A DNA stretch of 64,000 bases from the human T2T-CHM13v2.0 reference genome, Homo sapiens. The translations under genes were made by a program, and so were the position numbers. Numbering within the stretch: position 1 is the stretch's first letter; each line of letters begins with the position of its first letter. Below, one piece after another: positions 12,450 to 24,623 of the stretch. Under the pieces are notes generated by a model. The model had not been told where the DNA came from and made no database searches. It saw only the letters and a list, made by a program, of their open reading frames with translations. The stretch lies in NCBI RefSeq assembly GCF_009914755.1, contig NC_060926.1. The stretch is one strand, 5' to 3'.

Positions 12450-13115
12450 TATGAAATAGCCATAGATAACATATTTGGAGGGCCGGCCCCTTTTCTGGGA
12501 ACTAAATTCTGCCCACAGTCCCTCTGCAGGGGCAGGTTTAGATGGCCATGACTTGCCTTAGGTTATTTTCCCCTCCCCTCCAGCTGCAGTTGATTGGACC
12601 AGGGGTGGTCACCTGATTTCAGAGAAGCTAATATAAGTTGGTGAGTTCAGCCAATCAGATTCTCCCTTGCATATGCAAAATGAGAGTATTTGGTGGTGGG
12701 CATTTGAGAAAGGCCTCACAGAATGGGAGTTAGAGTTAATGACAGGGAAAACCCAAGCCACATGCAAGACAAAATTGGAGGGGAGAGGGTGGCCAGAGGA
12801 AGTGGAACAAGATGGTTTGCAAAGAGAATAAAGCAGACCAGGCGAGAAAAGCCAAGGTTGAGGAAAAATGGGAAGCGAGAAGAAGCGGGAAAGAGGATGG
12901 AAAGAAGGAAAGAGAAATGCAAAGAGACAGAGATATGGGAGGTGGTGGAGGAGGGAAAGAAATCTTCTTGGCTTCTTGTGGCTTCTCCATTACCAGCTTT
13001 AGTTTCTGAAAGGCATATCTTTATTTCTATTTCTGTAACCTGATTCCATGTCCTTTTAGTCATCATCTGTTTCTTTAAGTTTCTGTTTCTCACAACCATT
13101 GAGCTCTGACTCAAA
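12450..13115 (+). mobile_element. ERVL-type solo LTR (LTR16/LTR33-like)
   Basis: 'gattggaccaggggtggtcacctga', 'ccaatcagattctccc', terminal 'tttctgtttctcacaacca..tctgact'. Confidence 0.5.
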
Positions 13116-13669
13116 CTATGATCTTAGCCATTGTAGCAGGATGGGGCAACTTGAGAGAGTTGCAATCTGCCACTGGACATGCTCCATCAAGTGGAACAGG
13201 CACTGGAGCGACACAGCCAGTTGCAGGGACTAAACAAAATCAGGGGCAGGTTCCACATGGAAATCTGGGCAGATGAGCAATTGGCATCTGCAAACAGATT
13301 GGCAGAGAACTGGGTCCTGGGCTGAGAGACAAGAAAGGGCAGGAAGGGAGAAGGGAACTGGTCAAGTCAAAGCTGGGTTCTAGTTCTGGACATACTGGGT
13401 AGGGATTCACCCAGATGGAGCCCATAACCAGAACCAGTGGCCAAGAGCTTGGGCGTTATCTTTTAAAGACCTTTATAGGAAAAAAAACTCTTAAAAAAAA
13501 CAATAAATACCATTTTTGTAAGTGTCTCCAAAGGCACCACAGAGTTGGTGTCTTTATTTAAAGTGGTAGCTAATGCCAAGTCATTTCCTGCAAGCTTGGG
13601 AGGACTTGAACTCTAACTCCAAAGTGCCTGGGGCCTCTATCTCACTCCACAAATACTTTATCCTCTTGT

Positions 13670-13950
13670 AGTTTATTGTTGTTATTTGCAGTAGTTATGT
13701 TCTATAAAGTTGCCTCCAATGCTGAATTAGCAAACACTAAGCCATTGCTCCCAGGGGAAATATAGGGTTAGGTTCCTGCAAGCCTCTGGCCACATTTTCA
13801 CCAACAGATCAATGCATAACCTTATTTTGTGTGTGTTTTGCTTCAAGATGCCATATTTAGTATATATTGTTGCCTCATTAACAGTGAATTCACAGCCAAC
13901 AGTGCAATAACTCATACCTGAACAGTTCATCTAATAAATGTATTTTCTTT
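13670..13950 (+). mobile_element. MER82 (TcMar-Tigger) 5' fragment
   Basis: 'gtagttatgttctataaagttgcc..ctgaattagcaaacact..ggggaaatatagggttaggttcctgcaagcctctgg' matches recalled MER82 consensus. Confidence 0.8.
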
Positions 13951-13989
13951 AGAAGACCCCACTAGACAGCCCAACTGAACATTGAGGAC

Positions 13990-14405
13990 CCCTGCCAATT
14001 TCTTGTACTCTCCTATGCTTCTGGGCCTTGCTACATGTTATTGCTGCTTCTCTAAGTGTCTTTTCCAATCCTCCCTCCCCACAGACTCTTTCTACAACTT
14101 GCCCTGCCCCCTAATACCCTGACAGCTGGTGAACATCTACTCATTTTTCAGCCTTGGGTCCAGCACTACCTCCTCAGTGAAACTTTTGCTGAAAATCTAG
14201 AGTGTCAGAGGTTCTCCCTCACGATCTGTTTCTGTATTAGCACTAGAACTCTTACCATGCTAGTGGTATAATTCTTTACAAATGTGTAAAGAACTCTGAT
14301 TCTTTTGGGGAAGAGAGCATTATGAATTATTAATTCTTGTAGCCATAGTGCGTAGCACAGTACCTGGCTCCTAAGAGTCACGCAATAAATATCTGATGAA
14401 AGAAT
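13990..14405 (+). mobile_element. L2 LINE 3' end
   Basis: 'gaacatctactcattttt', 'acctcctcagtgaaac', terminal 'agcacagtacctggc..caataaatatctgatgaa'. Confidence 0.6.
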
Positions 14406-15146
14406 CATCCAGGCTGGAAGGAAGCCCAGAGTCTGTGCTGGGCTAATAGCAATGGGGACTGTATCTGATTCTCAGCGAGCTTACCTGCTGATCAGACTTG
14501 GTCCTATCAGATGCTGAGCTTGCAGGAAGGGATCCAGCTGAGAAGAGAGGGGTCAACACCAGGTAGGGCCTGGGAGCATTCATCATTGCAGACAGGTGAG
14601 TACAGGTCACCATTAACTTTCAGTTGGAGGAGCGCTCATGTGCACTCACAATATGGGCAGCCAAGTTCTAGGCCTCGGAGGATCAGGCTGAATTGGTGGA
14701 GGGATCGAGATGTTGCAGCTGGAAATAAAAAGAGATACACGTATTATGCAATTGCACTTACTTACATAAAACTACTGAGAAATAATTTGCTTCATTACCA
14801 TGCTACTAAAACTGCTAGTTGTAATGTTGGGTCAAATAAATAAGTTATACAAAAAGCCATATGTACAGATCATTGCTTTCCTAACTTTTTGTCTCCCTCC
14901 TTTTATTAGTTTACCCCCTGACCTCTATATTTTAAAAGATACTGTCATCCATCAGAGAAGTGGCATTTTTAGTAACTCTTTTTCCATTATTATTAGAGAT
15001 ACAGAACTGCCAATCAAGCTTCTGACCACCAAGAAATACCACTTGGATTTGCTCTATTCCAGCCAAAAGTAAAGAAGCTTGCTATTTACTCTCCTTAAGG
15101 TGGTTAAATATATTATTTCTACCTGGCTTTTAAAATATTGAAATAC

Positions 15147-15418
15147 AGTTTGGGAGGTCGAGGCTGGCAGATCGCTTGAGCGAGCCCAGGAGTTTGAGAC
15201 CAGCCTGAGTAATGTGGTGAAACCTCATCTCTACAAAAAAAAAAAAAAAAAAAAAATTTACTCTGGAGTGGCAGCATGCACCTGTAGTTTCAGCTACTCA
15301 GGAGGCTGAGGTGGGAGGATTGCTTGAGCCCAGGTGATAGAGGCTGCAGTGAGCTGAGATGGCACCACTGCACTCCAGCCTGGGCAACAGAGTGAGACCC
15401 TGTCTCAAAAAAAAAAAA
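15147..15418 (+). mobile_element. Alu (AluJ-like), 5'-truncated
   Basis: Starts at 'ttgggagg'; long central A run; TSD-like attgaaata on both sides. Confidence 0.9.
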
Positions 15419-15478
15419 TTGAAATAACTTCCCTGTTACTCATTACTAAGAGTGTCATGGACCTCTTCAGAAACGTTG

Positions 15479-15692
15479 GGTTGAGAAAAACTGAAATCGA
15501 TGTCTGAATTTGCTAGTGGTTCATGATGGTGGCAGAGATATGTGAAGACGCTACTTGGGTTTTTGCCCATGACTCACCCAGCCCAGGTTGAGGAAAACTG
15601 AAATCAACGTCTGAATTCGCCAGTGGCTCATGACAGCAGTGTAGATAAGTGAAGATGCGACTTAGGTTTTTGCCCATGACTCACCCAGCCCG
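15479..15692. repeat. 107-bp direct tandem duplication (2 copies, ~83% identical)
   Basis: Units 15479-15585 and 15586-15692 align without gaps; 18 mismatches by manual count. Confidence 0.95.
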
Positions 15693-16858
15693 GGTAAGGT
15701 GACTTTCAGCCTCTCTCCAGTGCTTTGTTCTCAATAGATCCAGACGATCCTCCTCAGCTGTCCCTACCCTTGGCATGGTGAGCTGTGAACTTTGGTTTTT
15801 CCTGTATTTTCCGCAGCCCCCTGCACAGTGGCAATCAATGTTGATTGAATGATCACATCTTCAATGGTGGCCCACAGCTCCCTGTGGTAAAGTGTAAAAT
15901 TCTCTTGTCTAAGGTCCCTCTTGTGATGTTCCTAGGGTCTCTGGGCGCTTTTTGCTGAGAAGATGTACAAGAAACGGCCAACCCTGTGCTAGAGAGTTCA
16001 GAAAAAAAATTCCAGGAAAGCTGTGGGGCACAGCGGAGATGGAGCAGGCTGCCATCTCATCGTCAACTGCACCAGTTCGAAGAAGTAAATTACATAATTA
16101 TATGTTTGAAAGCTTTCATAGGCACATAAGATGAAATTCCTTGGCAGACCACTGTTCCTATCCACAGGGAGAAGTTCCTGAGGTCCTTCTGCTTTGTGGT
16201 TGACACTTGCTAGTTGGACATTCCTGTTCCCTGAACTCCTTCTCTGTCACCTCCTCCCTGCTGCCCAGAGTAGCCTGTCAGCTCACCCAGGCTGGGCCTC
16301 TGAAGATCATGGAAACACCTTTGGCTGAGGTGCCAGTGAGGCCTGGGTGCTGATTCTAGACAGACAGAAAGCACTGAATTGGGAGGCAAGGCCCCAGGCT
16401 CTGCTTTAGCTCTGAAATTTACTTATCTGTGGGGCCTCAGTTTCTCCACCAAGGGTTGTCTGCTCTGGAGAAATGCAGTCCCCTCTTCCATGGTCCTGTG
16501 AATCTGGTTGGAGCAAAGCACATAGCCATGCTGACTGGCCTCACTTTCAACTCCTCACCATGAGTCTCAGGTGGGCGCTCAGCACTGTCTAGAAGTCCTC
16601 ACACATTTCTCCACGGGAGTTCCTCTCCCTTCTTCCAAACGAGTGCCCCCTACCTTCTCTGCTCTTCTCAAACCTTAGATCCTTTCCCCTTGCTCATTAG
16701 TATCAGCTAATATATGGTTTATTTCACTGAAAAAAGTAGAAGCATCAAAAGGGAACCACCTTTCATCCTGTCACTGATCGGCCAACCCACCCACATCTGC
16801 GTCATCTGCTCGGCCTCCCCTGTCCCTGCAGCCCAGGTCTCTAAGGCTGAGCCTCCAC

Positions 16859-16972
16859 TAGGGTGACCAATCATCTCAGTTTCCTTGGGTCTGAGGGGCT
16901 GTCTGGGAGGTGGGACTTTCAGTACAAAGAATGGGCAAGTCCTGGACAAATGGGGATGAGTTGGTCACCCTA
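16859..16972 (-). mobile_element. MER81 (hAT-Blackjack MITE), complete 114 bp
   Basis: Perfect TIRs tagggtgaccaa / ttggtcacccta; internal 'gggactttcagt'; embedded in L2-like sequence. Confidence 0.85.
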
Positions 16973-17130
16973 CCTTCCCCCGTACACTAGATTCCACCTC
17001 ATCATGTAATCAGGGGCTCTGCTCCTGTAATTGTGTCTTCTCTTTCCTGCACTACCATTTTTTCTTTCTTGTCTTAATGAGTCTCATTAGCACATAGACA
17101 TGCCGTGAATTTACCCATCTTTGGAAATCT

Positions 17131-17378
<248 letters not shown>

Positions 17379-17599
17379 TCCTTCCTAGGTCCCACTTTCC
17401 CCTCAGCTCCTGCTCCATCTCTCTGCTTGCCTTTAGAGCTAAACTAGCAGTTAGCCAGGTCCTACTTTCTCCACATACTGGCTTATAGGCCTTCAGGGTT
17501 AGCGCTGCGAGCTGGGTGTCATGGGCCTTAACGCTGACTCATAATGTGAGCCAGTGCTTCCCATATTACAGCTAGGGGTGCCAGGGGCCTGATGAATTG

Positions 17600-18040
17600 G
17601 GGTCATTTGGTTATGTGTCAGTCCTTTTCACCTCCGGCTATGAACTCCTTGCCTGGGGCCTTGCTCTGCTCATCTCTGCATGCCCATTATCTAGGACATT
17701 GCCAGAGACGTAGTAGGAGCAAAATCAGTATCTGCTGAGTACATGACCAAACACATAGATGAATTTCAGGCCCAGTTCAAAGTGTCTGACCACTTCGGTC
17801 ACACAGGCCTTGCCCTCCTCTGAACTTCTGGAGCACTTCTTGCCCTGGCTAGGTAGGTGACACTTAGCCACAGTTCCGTGTCACATTTTCCCTATTCCTA
17901 TGTGGCTGTTTATCTCCAATGGTGTACTAACTCGCAGGCGCCAGGCTTAGCCTTCCTGGATAAAGCTCGCTAGTGCCTTGTAGGCAGCCTGTGCCTTCCA
18001 CGGCATCGACAGCAGTCAATAAATATATGTGGAATGGCGG
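17600..18040 (+). mobile_element. two L2 3' end fragments
   Basis: 'tgaactccttg..ggggccttgctctgctcatctctg', 'gtcaataaatatatgtggaatg'. Confidence 0.45.
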
Positions 18041-18220
18041 AATGCATCCGTCCACTGATATAAATTGTGAAATATTCTAATTGGTACACTCTTCCAGGTA
18101 CTGTGGGCCATTCCAACAAAAGACATGGCTATTTCTTGTAGGAGTTTGCACAATAAAAGAATGAGAGGTTGGATAAAGAATGACAGAGGCCTATTGTTGC
18201 CACATAGGAGCCCACCTTTT

Positions 18221-18521
18221 TTTTTTTTTAATTTTACTTGAAGTTCTGGGATACACGTGCAGAACGTGCAGGTTTGTTACATAGGTATACGTGTGCCATG
18301 GTGGTTTGCTGCACCTGTCAACACATCTTCTAGGTTTTAAGCCTCACGTGCATTAGCTATTTGTCCTGATGCTCTCCCTCTCCTTCCCCTGACCTGACAG
18401 GTCCCGGTGTGTGATGTTCCCCTCCCTGTGTCCATGTGTTCTTATTGTTCAGCTCCCACTTATGAGTGAGAACATGCGATATTTGGTTTTCTGTTCCTGT
18501 GGTAGTTTGCTGAGGATGGTG
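18221..18521 (-). mobile_element. L1PA (L1PA8-10-like) 5'-truncated 3' end
   Basis: 'aagttctgggatacacgtgcagaacgtgcaggtttgttacataggtata..ctcccacttatgagtgagaacatgc'; TSD aggagcccacctttt 18206-18220 / aggattccacctttt 18522-18536. Confidence 0.92.
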
Positions 18522-18989
18522 AGGATTCCACCTTTTGACCTATCCCAGGGCTCAGGAAAAACAGATATTTGGGGCTCTGGGGAGAGCCAGCAGCCTGCAG
18601 TGAAAAATCATTGAACAATGCTTGGGAGATGGGCTCATCAGGCTTCCTGGTATATCTTGGAAATATAATAAATCTGACCCCAGAATACATCACTTGGATG
18701 GGCCTGCTTTTAGCGCATTCCCCTAAAATGTCTTTTCCTCCTGTGATTGCAATGTTTGGTTGTGGTTATAACAGCAGATTTCCCACCAAAGAAACATTTC
18801 AGTCCTTGCCGGATGAGGTTGGTTGTCTCTAATTTCCTCTCTTAAAACGCTACCCTCTCCACCTGCGACTGCCTTCCTCCCCCCAGTCTCCAAAGAAATA
18901 CCCACTGAGGCGCTTGGGTACCAGCCTCTGGCAGCCTTTTAGCTCTTCTCTTCCATGCCTTCCATTTTCTCCTCCCCTGGAAAGGCACC

Positions 18990-21230
18990 TGCAGCCCTAG
19001 CAGAAACGTGGAAGTCAATTTGTGTGGCTGGTGCAAGCGTTTTAGCATATTGAGTGGTCCAAATATTTAAATATCTATGATATAGGAAGCGTGGGGAACA
19101 TTAAAAACCATTTTCTCCCTGCTGATTGCAAGAGAGGAAATACACACAGTCCTGCTCTCCTGCACAGTTGCAAAACTGCTGGCCTAATCATATTGCCTAC
19201 GTAAAGAACCTCTCCCGCCTCCACGAATCTGGCTTTAGGTTGCATTTACTGTAAACAAAGATGTATTTGGGGGGGGCAGTTGGATTGAGTTTATTGTTTA
19301 TGTAAATCTCTCAGAATGTGACATAGCAAGATAGCTTCCTATGTTGTGTTGATCCACATTTTAGGCCAACAGCCAGAGTATTTTATCTTTTCCTTCATTA
19401 TAGTGATCTTCCAATTAGCCGTGGTCTGTAATACCCTGATTTTGGTGGCAGTGGTTTGGACAGGATTGTTTGATAGTTCTGCTCGAGAGGCAAAATAAGG
19501 GGCCTTATTATAGAAGTGCAGAGGTTGTGCAGGAGCTGAGTTCTGTTGCAAAGTTTGCCGATAAGGGGAAAACCGGCCCTTAAGCGTCCATTCTGTTCTG
19601 TATATTAACACTTCTAATCTGCACTGCTGATAAAACTGCAAGCCATTTGCCTTTGGAGGAATTAGTTCTGCCTCACTTGTGTAACCAGGCGATGGTGATT
19701 AACCTTTAAACTGTCCAATATTCCCAGCAGCCTCCTGCTCCAGATTAGAAACTATTTAGTTATGACCAACTAAATTAACAACACTCCCTTCTCTGAAGAA
19801 TGAGATTTGGAAGGTGGATGCATTTTAAGGTGGAATTGTGTTTTGAATTGGTGATCCATCCTTCTAGGGTGTTTATTTCCTCATCCTTAAAGTTCAGGCT
19901 GCCACACTGGGCATGGAAGGCTCAGCTGGGGAGTGGGGAGGTAAGTAGAACGAGAGGGAGACCAGTTGTCCTGGTTGGATTTGTAGACACAAGGTTTTAT
20001 GGGCACAAAAGAAACCTGCCTTGGGTTCAGATTTCCTTCCTTGTTATCATCCCAGGTGAAAAGGGGACATTAGCTCTTCTGCAAGACCCAAACCATGCTC
20101 ACAGTGGGACTGAGCAGTTGTTGCTAATGGGGAGATTAAGGAATAAATAAAGTAGCTCCCTTACTCCCAATTTCTTCCTGGAGTTGAATGTCAGGAAAAG
20201 AGGCGCTAACTAACTTTCATGTTCCAGACATAGGGATATGCCCACCGCAGGTGGGTCTACCCAGTTGAGCTGCAGCCATGCTAACAATCCTGGTTCAGCC
20301 CTCTCCTATCTGCCCATTTCAAATGTGTAATTTATCAGTTGAAACATACCCTCGGTGGTGAGGGCCAGGCAATTATGTAATCGTGTCATGCCTTAAATCC
20401 CCAGATTGTTGGTCCTCCCTGGATAACAAATAAAATGGAGCAGCAATCCTCACCACCAGTACCCCACCACCACCCAATGCTGGTAGCGACCTTTTCTGTT
20501 TTACCAGTTTCATATTAGCTACCTCCTTAAGAACTGCTAATCTAGATACTGCATTAGCAGGATGTCAGTCAAGCCGTAGTCCACGGCAAAGCCTTCTTCA
20601 TATACCAATTTAAATCATTCATGGTCTTTTCTTTGGCATTATTCAAAAGATCATAATAATTTTCTTGTGCCCACAGCACAAAAAAATCAATTATTTCCCC
20701 ACAAAGACTTGAAAGTACTTAGCGAGTGCGGCAAGAAAAGCTGAGGGTGATATCAAATTGAAATTGCACTCATTACATACAACACAATTAGTTGCCACTA
20801 GCCTGGCCGGGCTTTAATTCTGAATGGCATATCTTTATTATTACAGAAACAAGCATGCAAATGGCATTGTTCAGGATTTGCCGAAATCAATAGGATATAG
20901 TGCTGTGTGTTTGGTGGCCACTGTCACTCACGCTGCTGTGGATGCGAGATAATGTGTGTGTTTGAATTAATGAAGGGAGCAGGCAACATCATAAGTGACA
21001 CCCAAATAAAAGAAATGGGTACATGATATTTGTAATTATTCTACTTGTGTTTTTGTTGTAAATACTTGTACTTTTTGTTTTTTAATCAAAGGATTAATTG
21101 CATTTTAATAAGGCATTATGATTTGCAGAGCTTTAGTTAATTAAAACTTGTAGTATATAATTATGAAGTGATGCTGAGATTTTCTAAAGATCACCTATAT
21201 GTTTAGAATATGTATAATTTTTCTGTTAAG
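18990..21230. promoter_or_regulatory. candidate distal enhancer / conserved non-coding cluster
   Basis: No recognisable repeats; dense TAAT/ATTA, FOX (TGTAAACA 19250-19257), AAATCAATA 20884-20892, ATCAAAG 21085-21091, GGATTA 21091-21096. Confidence 0.4.
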
Positions 21231-23502
21231 CAGTGGCAACCTCCCCTCCACCCTTTTTTCCTTGGTCCCTCCCCCAGCAACGGAAGACATGGATGACTTA
21301 CGTGAAATGTTGGTGAATTGACAATTCTAGGTGGATCTCTGTAAGTGACAAATAGAACCCAATTTAGGTTATTGCACAAACTAAAATGATTCTGAAGGAG
21401 CACTCATGTGATAAACTGTAGCAGAAAACTTTCTCCTTGACACTTGCCTTGTCGTTAATCTTCCTGAGATGTAGCACTATAGAAGCTTGGGGAGTTGATG
21501 TGAGTTTTAGAGTGCAAACATTGAGATTTTAGACCTGGGTGAGGTGATCTCACTGAGTTGGAATCTAATTGGTTCTCTGCAGCTAGGCCAAAACCCCGGT
21601 GGAGTCACTGAACCCCAGCTTGTCCTCTGTGACACTCAAGAGCTTATTTGGGAGGAATGGGATGGGGAGAGGGGATGCTGAAAGTCAAGGGAGCTTGGAA
21701 TTCCCTAGTGTTAACACATTAGTAATTCACAGTGGAATCCAGCCCAGAGATGTGTAATTGCGTTTCCTGTAGGTGTGTATTATGTGAAGACTGATGGATT
21801 AATTGCTAGATAGATGGAATAGAGCTAAGGTAAAACATTATTAAAAAGTTTTAAAATCTTAATGTAACATTTTGAAGTTTGCTTTGGGGATTATTTTTCA
21901 ACTCAGTCTCCTACTTTCCATTCTCTCTGGGATCAGGAGTGGTAGTTGTCTTTGCAGAAGGAGGGGTCCATTTGTTGAGAGCTTAGTATGTCCTTTGTGA
22001 AGGTCAGGTGGCCCTGTGAGGGCAGGTGGATGCGGGAGCTAGGAGCTGGATCTCGTGTGGCCAGTGATGTGACGGGATGAGCTGACTGCAAAAGCCTGGA
22101 CTCCAGTTACCCTTTGGGGTATTGCCTGGACACCAAGGGCTAATTATTCCCTCCCTATAAACACCCAGATGCTGCAATGAGTAGTATCAAGAATCTCCCC
22201 CAACCCCCTGCAAGACAAAGTGAAAGATGAAGTTGAAGGGAACATCCCACGATGTTCATGTCCCAAGCCTGGTTCCCTGGGATGCCCACAACAGTGCTCT
22301 AAGTAGGGTGGCCCAAAGCTGATTTAAAATCTAATACTCTCAGGTTGGTCATGGCTTCCTACTTTCACTCTGAAAACCTAGAGCTTGAAAAGGTGGTTCA
22401 TTCAAAGCTTGCTAAAATATTTGCTCAGCAGCACAATGGTGTGTGATGGAAAATAAGCTCTTGTGGCTTGCTTCATCCTATCAGCCGCGGCCTGCAGCAG
22501 GGAAAGAATGAGGGGAGGTCAGTCAATTATGTGTGGTAATCACCGTAAGCATATTATCTGAGACACAGATGTCTTCTATGACCCCACACGACATGGCTAT
22601 TAACCTCGGAGCAATATAAAAATGGAGTGGGCTTTGGGGGAGGTGTGGAGGTAGGCCAGACTTTCAGGCTAGCCTTGTTCACAGGCTCAGAAAAACAAGT
22701 TCTGGACACGAAGACTATTTTCAGAAACCCATCCAACAAACCGACCCCGGCTCACTGTGGCCGGATCCTCTCACCCCACCTTGCTGGAGACCTTTCTGTA
22801 GGCCTAGTCATGTGCTTAAGGACTTGCCTCATCTGAAAATGAGACTGACAAATTGACTTGGGAGATATCTTGGACACACAATGGCTCTGGAATGCTACTT
22901 TCTGTTCACTAGAGAAAAGGAGAGAGAGGAAAGCAATTGGGGTGTTTGTGTGTGCGTTTAAATAAGTCCCCCTCCAGTTGTGGATGTGGGTGGTGAGGGA
23001 GGACAGTGGGGTCACCCAGGCACGTTGGGGGGACCCAGCAAGGCCGCCCAGGGGACACGGACTCTTGGAAGTCAGCGTTGTTGTGCCTAATGGGCTTTTA
23101 CCCCATATCTAACCCTGATTCTGTGGTCTTTCCAAAGAAGTTCATGCTAGAGCCTGGCACGGGGCTGGGCACAAGGGGATATTCCTTGAACGCTGTTGCT
23201 GGTTTGGCGACTGGCCCCAGATGCACACATTTAGGTAAATGTTTGACCTCTTAAACACCCTGGAGCAGGTACTGAGGACTCAAAAATAAATAAACCTGCT
23301 TCCAGTGCCCCAGGAGCTTAGATTCTACAGGGGGGAGGATGGAGGAAAGCCTTGAACATAAATGAGTGTAAAAGACATGTTTCAGATGGTGGAAGAGGCC
23401 TGCCCAAAGGGTCCATGTAGAAAAGAAGAAAGGATTGTTCCAGCCAAGGGGCTTGGAAAATTTCCCTAGAGGAGATGATACTTGAGCTGGGATGCCTGAG
23501 TT

Positions 23503-23950
23503 GATAATAATAACCATCTTTCCGGAGAACTTGCTAGGAGCAGGGGACTGTCCTAGGCACGGCGCGATCTCGGCTCACTGCAAGCTCTGCCTCCCAGGTT
23601 CACGCCATTCTCCTCCCTCAGCCTCCCGTGTAGCTGGGACTTCAGCCACCTGCCCCAACGCCCGGCTAATTTTTTTTGTATTTTTAGTAGAGACGGGGTT
23701 TCACCGTGTTAGCCTGGATGGTCTCGATCTCCTGACCTTGTGATTCGCCCGCCTCAGTCTCCCAAAGTGCTGGGATTACAGGCATGAGCCACCGTGCCCG
23801 GCCCTGGTTCTCACAACAACTCTGCAAGCAGCATTGGACCAATCAGGAAGCTGAGGCTCCAGGGCGGGTAAAGCTACTTGCTCCAGGTGTCAAAGCTGGT
23901 GAGCAGTGTAGCTAAGATTAGAATTGGATCCAGTTGGATCCAAACTCCAC
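23503..23950 (-). mobile_element. MIR SINE split by AluY
   Basis: 'ataataataacca..actgtcctaggcac' [Alu] 'tctcacaacaactctg..ggaagctgaggctc'. Confidence 0.55.
23561..23803 (-). mobile_element. AluY lacking its 3' ~40 nt and poly(A) tail
   Basis: AluY diagnostics 'gcaagctc', 'cacgccattctc', 'gttagcc.ggatggtctcgatc'; many CpGs retained; no T tract. Confidence 0.92.
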
Positions 23951-24579
23951 TAAAAAGGACAATGTGTTTGCCTGTTGTGCAAGAGGGACAGCATTTGAGG
24001 TGAAGGGAGGAGTGTAGGTAAGAGTTGGAGGCATGTCCTAGGAAGTGCAGGAACCACTGAGGGTTCGAATAGGCAGTTGTGTGACCAGCAATCCAGCGAG
24101 GTAGTCAGAGCCAGTCGTGGGGCCATTGGCTTCATTCTGTCAGCAACAGAAGGACAGCATGGTCAGAAGCATGTTTCTAAAAGGGTTGAGAGTTGCAGGG
24201 CAAATGAATTGGAGGGGCTGAAGATTGGAGACCAGAAGCCAGTTGGGGAGCAATTGCAGCTAGTCCCACTGCAGGTTGTGAGCAGGATGATGATGGAGAG
24301 GCAGCGATGGAGGCCCCATGTGTTAGAGAGGGGCCAGGAGGGCTTGGCAGCTGACGGGATGTGGTGGGGAGGGAAAGGGAGGAGTCCAGGATGACTCAAC
24401 CCCTTATGTGTCATTCAGTGGATGCTACTTTCACCTCTTTTTTTGTGATAAAGAAATCGAGGTTCAAAAATGTTGTCAATTGCTCAAAGTCAAGTAACTT
24501 GTCTTTTCTCCAAGTCAGGTTTGTAACGAAGCCTCTGGCTTTGCAGCTAAGGCTAGTTCTTGCCCACTATGCTCTTCTG

Positions 24580-24582
<3 letters not shown>

Positions 24583-24620
<38 letters not shown>
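24583..24620. repeat. (GT)19 microsatellite
   Basis: Perfect dinucleotide run. Confidence 0.98.

Positions 24621-24623
<3 letters not shown>

Larger units (their letters stand above)
23250..24420 (-). mobile_element. L2 LINE fragments interrupted by MIR and AluY
   Basis: 'tgccccaggagcttagattcta', 'ttggcttcattctg', 'ggagaccag..gttggggagcaattgcag' antisense L2 motifs. Confidence 0.6.

Noticed and set aside
14511-14601. Perfect donor CAG|GTGAGT (14593-14601) suggesting an exon
   Set aside because: Upstream acceptors have weak pyrimidine tracts, and an isolated donor is expected by chance in 64 kb
15479-15692. Possible CRISPR-like or RNA-gene array
   Set aside because: Only two contiguous 107-bp units without spacers in eukaryotic DNA; no tRNA/snRNA features recognised
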